A stretch of 64,000 bases of DNA from an uncultured Acidobacteriota bacterium (GTDB taxonomy: Bacteria; Acidobacteriota; UBA6911). The notes beneath the pieces are model-generated. The model saw only the letters and a program-made list of their open reading frames with translations, was not told the origin of the DNA and searched no databases. The DNA is taken from positions 3,569 through 67,568 of the forward strand of contig CAYTYP010000022.1 of NCBI GenBank assembly GCA_964441405.1, in the 5' to 3' direction. The position numbers and the translations under genes were made by a program. Shown here piece after piece: positions 26,449 through 34,887 of the stretch. How positions within the stretch are numbered: the stretch's first letter is position 1; the number at the start of each line of letters is the position of its first letter.

Positions 26449-27819
26449 CTACGCTTGCCGCACCCAGCGGATGAGAGTGGCGAAATTGGGCGGTTTTCCA
26501 AACATCAAAAGCCCTATCCGAAACACTTTAGCTGTGAACCACACGGCGCAATAGGCGGATGCGATTCCGATAGCTATCGAAATCCATACCTGCCAAAACG
26601 GCGGCGGCGTGTTCGACGTCATGCGCAACAGCATGGCAAAACTATTGACGGGCGGGATGAAACTCATCGCAATGCTCAGAGTAGAGTTCGGATTGGTCGA
26701 TATCGGGATCCACAAGATCCATGGGATCATGAGTATTAATGTAAGCGGCATCATCAAACTCTGCGCTTCTTTAATGTCATTGACCGCCGCCCCTATCGCC
26801 ATCATGAGAGATCCCAAAACAAGATAAGTAATTATAAAAAAGACAATCAAATAAAAAATCATGGAGAAATCGAGCAGTCCAATGAGGGCGAAGCCGGCAA
26901 GCAGTGCAATTCCCATCAAGATGTATAATCCCATCCCCAACAGGCTGACGCCCATCTGGCCGAGAAGTTTGCCCGTCATCAGTTCCATGGGGGAGACTGC
27001 GGACAGAAGAACTTCGACGACGCGGCTCGATTTTTCTTCGACTGTTGAATTGAGCAATTGCCCGCCTCCACCCATAGCTCCCAGCAACAGCAGTATTCCG
27101 AACGCTGCTGGAATCATGAAATTCAAGCCGGGAACGGTTTTTCGCTGCTCATCCTGAGTTACTGTCACCGACGGAGAATTCGGCATATTGAAAACCGCCT
27201 CGATAGCAGCCTTGTCTATGGAGCGCGTTTGAAAACGGGCGCTGATAATGGCTTCCCGCAAACCGCGCTGGATTTCAGAGCCGGCGCGGTCATCCAATTT
27301 AGGCGGTATATAAAGATCGTAAGCGCCGTATCCTTTCCCGGCGTCGACCGGTTCCACCGCATCCTTATGGATAACAACAACCGCCAGATGAGGCATTTCC
27401 TTTGGTTGTATCGTCAGCCATTTTTTAGCCTGTTCTAAATCCGATCCGATGGGTCTCTCCAGTATGTGCAATTCCGGGATTGGCCCAAGCACATTTCCGA
27501 CAGCCTTATTCATCGATTTGCCGGCGACTTTTTGAAGCTGCTTAGGCGTATTGGATAGGGCTCGGCCGGCTTCTTCTTTTTTGCGCGCCGCAATTTTTGC
27601 AGGATCGAAAGCCTTTTTTAATTCCGGCGTGATCCGTCCGGTCGGATCGATGATTATCACTTCGCCTTTTATTTCGACGTTTTTAGGAGAAAACAGAATC
27701 GGGCCCAGAAAGGCAAATAGAGCGATCATGGCCGGAAAAATAAAAAGCCCTATTATGAAAGCCTTGGTCGCCGCTGTCGCCAGGAACTCACGCTTCGCGA
27801 TGAGAAAGATATTATTCAT
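26449..27819 (-). CDS. ABC-2 type transporter permease (NatB/YhaP-like)
   Basis: IAKREFL, a large periplasmic loop, VEEKSSRVVEVLLS...GK motif and six C-terminal TMs. Confidence 0.92.
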   Translation of the reverse strand: MNNIFLIAKREFLATAATKAFIIGLFIFPAMIALFAFLGPILFSPKNVEIKGEVIIIDPTGRITPELKKAFDPAKIAARKKEEAGRALSNTPKQLQKVAGKSMNKAVGNVLGPIPELHILERPIGSDLEQAKKWLTIQPKEMPHLAVVVIHKDAVEPVDAGKGYGAYDLYIPPKLDDRAGSEIQRGLREAIISARFQTRSIDKAAIEAVFNMPNSPSVTVTQDEQRKTVPGLNFMIPAAFGILLLLGAMGGGGQLLNSTVEEKSSRVVEVLLSAVSPMELMTGKLLGQMGVSLLGMGLYILMGIALLAGFALIGLLDFSMIFYLIVFFIITYLVLGSLMMAIGAAVNDIKEAQSLMMPLTLILMIPWILWIPISTNPNSTLSIAMSFIPPVNSFAMLLRMTSNTPPPFWQVWISIAIGIASAYCAVWFTAKVFRIGLLMFGKPPNFATLIRWVRQA

Positions 27820-28820
27820 TAGGATGCCTCCCCGGAACCGGGTTGCGCCAGATCCGCTCTAAGCTTTTGCTTGTCCACAGCGCTGTCCGTCGCAGCCGCG
27901 ACCAGCCGGATAAAAATGTCCTCGAGCCGGGGCCGTGAAAGCTCCAGCCGTGCAGGCATTATAAAATCTATAATCCGATGCATCATCTCGGCCGGATCCA
28001 CGCCTTCGACAAGAAGAACGTTGCAGCCGGAACCGTTCCGATCCACCTGCTCTACTCCCGGCAATTGCGCAATGGTAGAAACGTCGGCATTGGGATCGAG
28101 CGGTTCGAACTCAATGGTTCGCGGATCAAACTGGTTGCGGATGACCGTCAGTTGCTGATCCAGCACCTTCCGTCCCTGATGGACCATAATCACGTGTTCG
28201 CATATTTCTTCGGCCTGCGGCATCACATGGGTTGAAAAGAGGATCGTGGCGCCACGGCGATGCTCTTCCAATACCAGATCACGCAAAAGCCGGGTGCTGA
28301 CGGGATCCAGCCCGGAGAAGGGTTCATCTAAAATCAAAAGATCCGGTTGATGAATGGTTGCTGCAACAATCTGCACTTTCTGGAGCATGCCTTTGGAAAG
28401 CTCCTCGCATTTTTTCCGTTCGGTCCCGCCAAGGCCGACGCGCTCCAGCAATGCACGGATGCGTTTGTTCACGCCGGGATCGCGCACTCCTTTGAGACTG
28501 GCCATGAAGCTCAAGAAAGCGCCGACGCGCATTTTCTTATAGACGCCTCGCTCTTCGGGCAAATAGCCGATCCGGCTCTTTGCTTCAAGCGCCGATGCGC
28601 ATCCCAGCACCGAGAGGCTGCCGGAGTCAGGAAAGAGTATGGACATGATCAACCGGATGGTGGTTGTTTTTCCCGCGCCGTTCGGCCCGATAAAACCATA
28701 AATGCCGCCTTGCGGGATATTCATGTTCAAATTTCTTACCGCGACAGTCTGGCCGAATGTCTTGGTTACATCCTTGAGTTCAATAGCCGATTCCATAGCT
28801 TCTCCGTTGCTATAACGCAC
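27819..28820 (-). CDS. ABC transporter ATP-binding protein with C-terminal DUF4162-like domain
   Basis: GPNGAGKT, LSKGM, LILDEP and STH motifs. Confidence 0.95.
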   Translation of the reverse strand: MRYSNGEAMESAIELKDVTKTFGQTVAVRNLNMNIPQGGIYGFIGPNGAGKTTTIRLIMSILFPDSGSLSVLGCASALEAKSRIGYLPEERGVYKKMRVGAFLSFMASLKGVRDPGVNKRIRALLERVGLGGTERKKCEELSKGMLQKVQIVAATIHQPDLLILDEPFSGLDPVSTRLLRDLVLEEHRRGATILFSTHVMPQAEEICEHVIMVHQGRKVLDQQLTVIRNQFDPRTIEFEPLDPNADVSTIAQLPGVEQVDRNGSGCNVLLVEGVDPAEMMHRIIDFIMPARLELSRPRLEDIFIRLVAAATDSAVDKQKLRADLAQPGSGEAS

Positions 28821-30435
28821 TTCCCTCTGCGCTCCGGCGCAATGCCCACGTCTGCTGTCCGGTTATTGCCAAAGCTCCCAAACCCATAAGGATCAAAAGA
28901 AAATTGAGCGCTGCGCCGACATAGGGCAGATTCACTGCAACTACGACGATACCAAGCCCGATAATCAGAGCCAGGGCTCTTGTAGATATTTTTTCATCTT
29001 CTCTCCTGAGAATGGCGCGGCCAATATAGTTGGCAACGATCACCGGGGCCAAAAATAGTCCAAGAAACCATAGCGCAAAAATTACCAATCCAATCGGCAG
29101 ACTGAACAGTGGTATTGCAAGGATAAGCGCGACGACAGGCAAAACTATAAAAATGAGAATCCCGATGCCTCCTGAAGCAGCCAATGTCCGGCCGGTTGAA
29201 AAAGAAAATCGACCGGCTTTGGGCATAATTCCGAACAGGAGCAATCCGAGCAGGAAAGCTACGATTACATAAAACATCCATCCCAGGTAAAATCGCAAAT
29301 TTAAATATTTGCTCTTGGTTTTAACAAGCTCGATTTTCTTTTCGCCCGCGATAGTCGCCTTCGCATCCACCTTCGATTGCTTTTCATTTGTAACCTTTGC
29401 ATGAAGGTTGCGCCCGATTTTTACAGGAGCTTGAATAAGAATTCGGGCGCCGCTGAATATAACATTGCGTCCGATTGCTCCCCCGATGTCAAGAAATCCT
29501 CCCGCGGCGGAGAGATCGCGGCCAACTTCGCCATCTACATTCATATCCGAGGCCATAAGGATTGCGTCATAATTTATTTTGCCGTTTGAACCTACGGTCA
29601 GATTGGTCGCCGCTCCCCAGAGACTGCCGCGGATGAACCCATGGGTCTGAACGAACTGTCCGATCGTGAAGAGATCTCCTTCTATTTGGCCCGTGCTATC
29701 GAACGTCTGAGCGATACAGATGACATTTCCTTGAACTGTCCCCTGAATATCAACTTTACGCGCAATGGCGACCAGATCGCCGGTAATGGTTCCTCGAATT
29801 TTGACCGTATCACCGTATGCGACCAACGTATCATCAACCGTTTCTTCAGCGGGAACCAGGATGCCGCCCATTTTTTCGGCTTTGCGATAGTCGATGGAGT
29901 AGCCGGGCATGACAAAAGCAAACATAATCGCCGTCACACCGATAATGGAAGTAATTGTCTTCATCTTGCGAACCATGGATATCATGACTCCAATGATAAT
30001 CAAACCTATTACTGTAACGGCTGCCTTTTCAATAAAAGAGGCAATCATGGGAGCTCCATTTTCGATGAAATAGAAGATTCCATTTCCCAACCAACTTAAC
30101 AATCCTGAAAGGCTTAAGGGAAAAACCCAATCCAATTCGGCAGGCGCAGTGGTTTCAAGAATGAGATCCAAAAACATTCGCAGCAATACCGTCACGCAAC
30201 CGGCGATAGCCGCGAATAAGGCGATTTTTTTGATTTCCGGAAATTCCCGTTCCGGCGCCCACGCACCCACTCCTTGCAGGCTCTGAACAATGAGCTGCTT
30301 TTCGGTTTTGAGAGCTGCCACACCTTCACGGCAAACAGAGCAGAAATGGAGGTGCGCAACCAACTCCTCGGTTTCTTGTTCCGGCAATTCGCCGTCGACA
30401 AATTGGGATTGAATAAATTCATTGGGGCAGTTCAT
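28810..30435 (-). CDS. zinc-finger (ZAS) anti-sigma factor fused to a beta-helical polymer-forming (bactofilin-like) repeat domain and a multi-TM C-terminus
   Basis: VDGEL...HLHFCSVC, TM helices, G-x-V/I-x-G-D-L/V repeats and five C-terminal TMs; overlaps both the sigma and ATPase genes. Confidence 0.85.
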   Translation of the reverse strand: MNCPNEFIQSQFVDGELPEQETEELVAHLHFCSVCREGVAALKTEKQLIVQSLQGVGAWAPEREFPEIKKIALFAAIAGCVTVLLRMFLDLILETTAPAELDWVFPLSLSGLLSWLGNGIFYFIENGAPMIASFIEKAAVTVIGLIIIGVMISMVRKMKTITSIIGVTAIMFAFVMPGYSIDYRKAEKMGGILVPAEETVDDTLVAYGDTVKIRGTITGDLVAIARKVDIQGTVQGNVICIAQTFDSTGQIEGDLFTIGQFVQTHGFIRGSLWGAATNLTVGSNGKINYDAILMASDMNVDGEVGRDLSAAGGFLDIGGAIGRNVIFSGARILIQAPVKIGRNLHAKVTNEKQSKVDAKATIAGEKKIELVKTKSKYLNLRFYLGWMFYVIVAFLLGLLLFGIMPKAGRFSFSTGRTLAASGGIGILIFIVLPVVALILAIPLFSLPIGLVIFALWFLGLFLAPVIVANYIGRAILRREDEKISTRALALIIGLGIVVVAVNLPYVGAALNFLLILMGLGALAITGQQTWALRRSAEGSAL

Positions 30436-30970
30436 GATACTTCTCCTTCTTAAGCTTCTCTCTCAACATTTGCTTGCCCCGGAAAATACGCGTTGCAACG
30501 GTATTCCTTGGCAACTCCAGGGCGTCTGCAATCTCTTCATAAGTGAAATCATTGTAATAGGACAGGACCAGCGGCACACGGAATTCGTCCAATAGAGATC
30601 TCAATGCGCGCCGCACGCTTTCACCGCGTTCGGAGGAGAGCATCTCGTTTAGCGGAGTCGGCTTTCCGGACGGCGGTTCCGGCATTTCTGAATCTACTCG
30701 AAACAGTCGTCTTTCCGTTCCCCGGCGTCTTAGAATGTCCAAACAATAATTGCTGGCTATCTTCAGGATCCAGTTCGAGAAAGAGAATGCAGGATTATAT
30801 TGTTCAATCTTTTGTTGCACGCGCAGAAAGACCTCATGCGTCGCATCCTCCCCCGCTTCACGGGAATTGAGCAGATAAGCACAGAGGTTTAGCACCTTAG
30901 GATGGTGCTCCCGATAGATTTCGCCAAAATCCCATTCTGTGTGCATTGGCAGTTCTGCGCTAGCATACAT
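30419..30970 (-). CDS. ECF (sigma-70 group 4) RNA polymerase sigma factor
   Basis: EDATHEVF, FSNWILKIASNYCLD..RR, TYEEIADAL..PRNTVATRIFRGK motifs. The start could be 30970 or 30946. Confidence 0.92.
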   Translation of the reverse strand: MYASAELPMHTEWDFGEIYREHHPKVLNLCAYLLNSREAGEDATHEVFLRVQQKIEQYNPAFSFSNWILKIASNYCLDILRRRGTERRLFRVDSEMPEPPSGKPTPLNEMLSSERGESVRRALRSLLDEFRVPLVLSYYNDFTYEEIADALELPRNTVATRIFRGKQMLREKLKKEKYHELPQ

Positions 30971-31021
30971 GCCGTTTCTACGAATAACTAAAGGATAAAT
31001 TCCCCTTTTTACACAATCAGG

Positions 31022-31144
31022 GGACGTAAACGCGTTCTGGACCTGGGTTGCGGAGCGGGGCTTCTGGCAATCGCCGCCGTGCGGCTTGGGGCGGATCACG
31101 TCGTAGCCACCGATATAGATTCGCAATGTCTCGGTTGCGCATGA
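31022..31144 (+). pseudogene. fragment of a PrmA-like SAM methyltransferase
   Basis: [33 protein letters not shown] followed by a stop; no start codon. Confidence 0.7.
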
Positions 31145-31321
31145 AACAGAACGCCCTTTCTCCGGTCCTGACTATGAGTTCATCGCCAAGGGACTCATGC
31201 GCCATTTGCTTAAACTGCGCGCTTCAGAGGTTTCGGAGTTCCAGAACGCCGGTGAAGGAGGATATATATTTCGAAGCCTCTTTATTTGCGCTTCGGGAGC
31301 AGTAAAATAGCGAACATGCAA

Positions 31322-32401
31322 CTAAAGTCCTTGGGGACGGATCCGGAAGCTCTCGCTCCATTTCCCGTTGGGCGGAGCAGTCTGAAGCCAATAAATCGCT
31401 TTCGGCCCCTTAAAATTCGTTGCATTGGTGGATCCGGCCATAGGTTCGACGCAGATGAAATCGAAGGACCGTCCCGGCATAGAAGCGGGCTCCCAGATTA
31501 CCGCCGCAGTATATTGCGGCCCGAAAAGCAGTTCAATTTTCTTGTCGCCCGATTCAATCGAGAAAACAGCTTGCCCCTTTGCATTGCGCTCCAGGTTGGT
31601 GAAACCGTCGTCCAGCGTGCGTCCCTTGAGCGGCAGGGGATTGGGCAAATCATTCGGTTTGTACTCCAAAATCGGGATGCGCCGGTCGTCCGCAATAACA
31701 GCTATGGCGGCAGGCATGCGCAAAATCCATTCATCGCGTGGAACGTCCGGAATCCGGTAATAGGGATGGAATCCCAAGACGATAGGCATAGTTTCCGAAC
31801 TTAAATTCGTAACCGTTGTTTTTACTTCCAGGGCCCCGTCTTCCAGCCTGTAGGTCATTTCATATTCGTGGGCGAAAGGCCATTGCGCCATGAGATCAGG
31901 CTTTCTCCAGAATTCAAATTTGCTGGTGACGAACGCTGATTTCTTGTCAGCCCCGATTTTCGTCACTTGCCATGCCGCATCGGAAAGCAATCCATGCATG
32001 GGCAAGCCCCGGCCGTCTGTGCGGATATTTCCCAACCCTAAGTTAAAAGTGTATTTCTTTCCGTTCGCCCAGAAAGCTGTATCGTCCAATCGGTTTGCCC
32101 AGGGCGCCAGGAAAGGAATGCCGCACTGCATGGGCTTTTTCTGAAAATCCGATAACTTTACGTTCGGAAAATACAGAATATTTTTTCCGTGAACTTTCAT
32201 TTCGATAGCCATATTGCCTATCGACGGAAGGATGGACACTTCAATCCCGCGCCTGGAATCTACAAGGCGAATAACCGAGACGCCATCGACAATTGTTTTT
32301 TGTGCGAGAAAATTAGCCGTTGGACGTTTGGGTTTTGAGGATTGTGCGAACGCAAAGTTCAATAACAGGAAGCCAATGGACAAGAGCGCAAATTTTTTCA
32401 T
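31322..32401 (-). CDS. aldose 1-epimerase family protein with signal peptide
   Basis: GIPFLAPWANR, PMHG, GFHPYY, LDDGF and ICVEP motifs. Confidence 0.9.
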   Translation of the reverse strand: MKKFALLSIGFLLLNFAFAQSSKPKRPTANFLAQKTIVDGVSVIRLVDSRRGIEVSILPSIGNMAIEMKVHGKNILYFPNVKLSDFQKKPMQCGIPFLAPWANRLDDTAFWANGKKYTFNLGLGNIRTDGRGLPMHGLLSDAAWQVTKIGADKKSAFVTSKFEFWRKPDLMAQWPFAHEYEMTYRLEDGALEVKTTVTNLSSETMPIVLGFHPYYRIPDVPRDEWILRMPAAIAVIADDRRIPILEYKPNDLPNPLPLKGRTLDDGFTNLERNAKGQAVFSIESGDKKIELLFGPQYTAAVIWEPASMPGRSFDFICVEPMAGSTNATNFKGPKAIYWLQTAPPNGKWSESFRIRPQGL

Positions 32402-32481
32402 GAGCGCATTATATCCGGATTAGGGCCTGTCAATAAACAACGTTTGTTTGAGATACGAAATATTGAACTCCCTGTTCTTCG

Positions 32482-33276
32482 TCAGTTTCGTGGCGAATTA
32501 TTTTTTCTGGAAGCGAGGTAGGATTGAACCTTACGGCGGACTTCCATAATTTCGCTCGTTTCGGGGAGAAAGCTGAACATTTCTTCAAGCATCTTCTCCG
32601 ATTCGATTTTTTCCAGGGTGGGAGCGAAATTTATATCGTAGATCCATCCGATCTGACACAGTTTGAAATCGTTCAGAGTGTGCAGTTGGCTATAGGCGAC
32701 AGGTTGCCCGTTCATGACAGCTTCGAGCGCTTCCGGAGAAATGCGCTCTTCATCGGGAAGATCCAGGAAGGTCTCTCCGGGGGCTTCTTTTAAATTGCGA
32801 TAGCGTTGGATCACAAGTCGGAAAATATCAAGCTTGTCGGCGTCTCGAATCAGCTTCAGAAAAAGCATTGCCTGCCCGTCCAGATTTTCAGGCGCTGATT
32901 TGGCGCCATGATAGGCGACGGCGGTCTCCACCCAAAATCTCTCCTCCGGATCCAGCGATTCAAGCACGCCCTCCTGACGGAGCGTCTCAACGCCCAGAGC
33001 GCCATGATCCACGCTCTTGGCATCGTTATAGGTGCGGTGCGCGTGGAACTGCGGAAACCGGCCAACGTCATGCAGCAACGCGATGCTTTCCGCTATGCGC
33101 ATCGAATTGTCGCTTAACGAAAGATGCTTCGCGAGATATAACATTTCTTCACAGGTGCGCCAGGTATGCTCGCGTTTCAATTGCAAATTTCTGTTCACAT
33201 AATCATCCGCGCCGAAGAACCTCCCCGAAAATTTCTCAAACCAACGCTTCAACTCATCCAATAGAAATAATTCCAT
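32482..33276 (-). CDS. HD-domain phosphohydrolase
   Basis: LKREHT, ALLHDVGRFPQF, DHG and IRDADKLDIF motifs. Confidence 0.9.
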   Translation of the reverse strand: MELFLLDELKRWFEKFSGRFFGADDYVNRNLQLKREHTWRTCEEMLYLAKHLSLSDNSMRIAESIALLHDVGRFPQFHAHRTYNDAKSVDHGALGVETLRQEGVLESLDPEERFWVETAVAYHGAKSAPENLDGQAMLFLKLIRDADKLDIFRLVIQRYRNLKEAPGETFLDLPDEERISPEALEAVMNGQPVAYSQLHTLNDFKLCQIGWIYDINFAPTLEKIESEKMLEEMFSFLPETSEIMEVRRKVQSYLASRKNNSPRN

Positions 33277-33464
33277 TGTTTCTCTGCCTTGCTCCTGAGA
33301 ATAAATCAATTATAAGCGCCCTTAAACTTCGGTATCGGCCCTGAATTATGGACAATCAGGAGTGTACGGGATCAAACCTTAAAGATCAATCGGAGAGGAC
33401 AGGTGACTGCCTAAAGCGCTTTAGAGCCGCGCAATAAACAAAAAAAAAGAAATCTAAAAACTAA

Positions 33465-33491
33465 ATTTCGTGTATTTCGTTTATTTCGTGG
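33465..33491 (+). repeat. ATTTCGTGT-type nonamer x3
   Basis: Reads atttcgtgt atttcgttt atttcgtgg. Confidence 0.7.
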
Positions 33492-33544
33492 TTAGAATTC
33501 ATTGTTCTGGACAATATATCCCTATTGATGAACAAGGGAGTTTC

Positions 33545-34531
33545 ATGGTTAGACCAAAGGTTTTTGTCACCCGCATCATCCCGGAAAAGGGATTGGAAAT
33601 GTTGCGGCATGAAGCCGATGTCGATGTCTGGCAGGAACCTCTGCCGCCTGACTATCCGACGCTGCTGCAAAAAGCCAAAGGGGTGGATGCGCTCTTATGT
33701 CTGCTCACCGATCAGATTGACGAGCGTCTAATGGATGCGATCGGACCCCAGGTGAAGGTCCTCAGCCAGATGGCGGTAGGATTTGACAACATCGACATAC
33801 CGGCGGCCACCGCCCGCCGCATTCCAATCGGCAACACTCCAGGCGTGCTCACGGACACAACGGCCGACTTTGCCTGGACGCTCTTGATGGCGGCGGCCAG
33901 GCGTGTGGTGGAAGGGGACAAGTTCACGCGCTCGGGCAAATGGAAAACGTGGGGCCCGATCGATTTTCTCGGCCCTGACATTACCGGCGCTACTTTAGGA
34001 ATTATCGGATTCGGCCGGATCGGACAAGGAATGGCCAAGCGCGCCCAGGGTTTTGATATGCGCATTCTCTATTTCAGTTTGAAACGCAAATTGGAAGCCG
34101 AAGAAAAGTACGGCGCACGCTATGTTGATTTGGACACATTGCTGCGCGAATCCGATTTCGTATCGCTTCATACCGTTTTGTCGCAGGACACCTATCATTT
34201 CATGAACGATGCGCGCCTGCAAAGGATGAAGCCCGGCGGAATTCTGATCAACGCCGCACGCGGCCCGGTAGTCGATCCGAATGCGTTGTATCGCGCCCTT
34301 TCTTCCGGCGCCCTCGCCTATGCCGCTCTCGATGTAACCGAGCCTGAGCCCATAAAAATGGACGACCCCTTATTGTCGCTGGACAACATTATCCTTGCTC
34401 CCCATATTGCAAGCGCCAGTTTCCAAACGCGCAATAAAATGGCGATCATGGCTGCCGCAAACCTGATTGCAGGCTTGAAGGGCGAACGTTTGCCGAATTG
34501 CGTCAATCCGCAGGTATACGCAATGGCCTAG
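33545..34531 (+). CDS. D-2-hydroxyacid dehydrogenase (glyoxylate/hydroxypyruvate reductase, GyaR-like)
   Basis: AVGFDNID, NTPGVLTDTTAD, GFGRIG, INAARG, LDV...EP and PHIAS motifs. Confidence 0.93.
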   Translation: MVRPKVFVTRIIPEKGLEMLRHEADVDVWQEPLPPDYPTLLQKAKGVDALLCLLTDQIDERLMDAIGPQVKVLSQMAVGFDNIDIPAATARRIPIGNTPGVLTDTTADFAWTLLMAAARRVVEGDKFTRSGKWKTWGPIDFLGPDITGATLGIIGFGRIGQGMAKRAQGFDMRILYFSLKRKLEAEEKYGARYVDLDTLLRESDFVSLHTVLSQDTYHFMNDARLQRMKPGGILINAARGPVVDPNALYRALSSGALAYAALDVTEPEPIKMDDPLLSLDNIILAPHIASASFQTRNKMAIMAAANLIAGLKGERLPNCVNPQVYAMA

Positions 34532-34622
34532 CAGTACAAAAGCCACGCCGGATAAATAACTTTCCTAAATGATTGACTAATTATTAAATTTCGAAAAAGT
34601 GTCACCAGAATAAAACACTTAC

Positions 34623-34651
34623 TTGACAACAGCGTCCAAGTTATTGATACT
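34623..34651 (+). promoter_or_regulatory. sigma-70 promoter candidate for the TonB-like gene
   Basis: TTGACA-N17-GATACT. Confidence 0.5.
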
Positions 34652-34887
34652 GCTGCCAAATTATCAGTACGGTTTGCATGATTGCACAAACGGGACATCC
34701 ATTATCGTTTGACCGAGATGCTCCAAACGGGACAATGAGGGGGGCGTTTTCAGCACATAGGGATCGAGGATTCCTCAAGCGCAGCGTACAATAGTCGATT
34801 AATTCAAGAGAGCCTATAGCAAATACGCCCGGACGCAGAATCACCATAGCAAAGGTCCATTCACTTATTCCAAGCACGGAGTAGACT

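Noticed and set aside
30971-31126. N-terminal extension of the ECF sigma in the ORF track
   Set aside because: It overlaps the antisense PrmA-like fragment and has no sigma similarity, so the true start is downstream.
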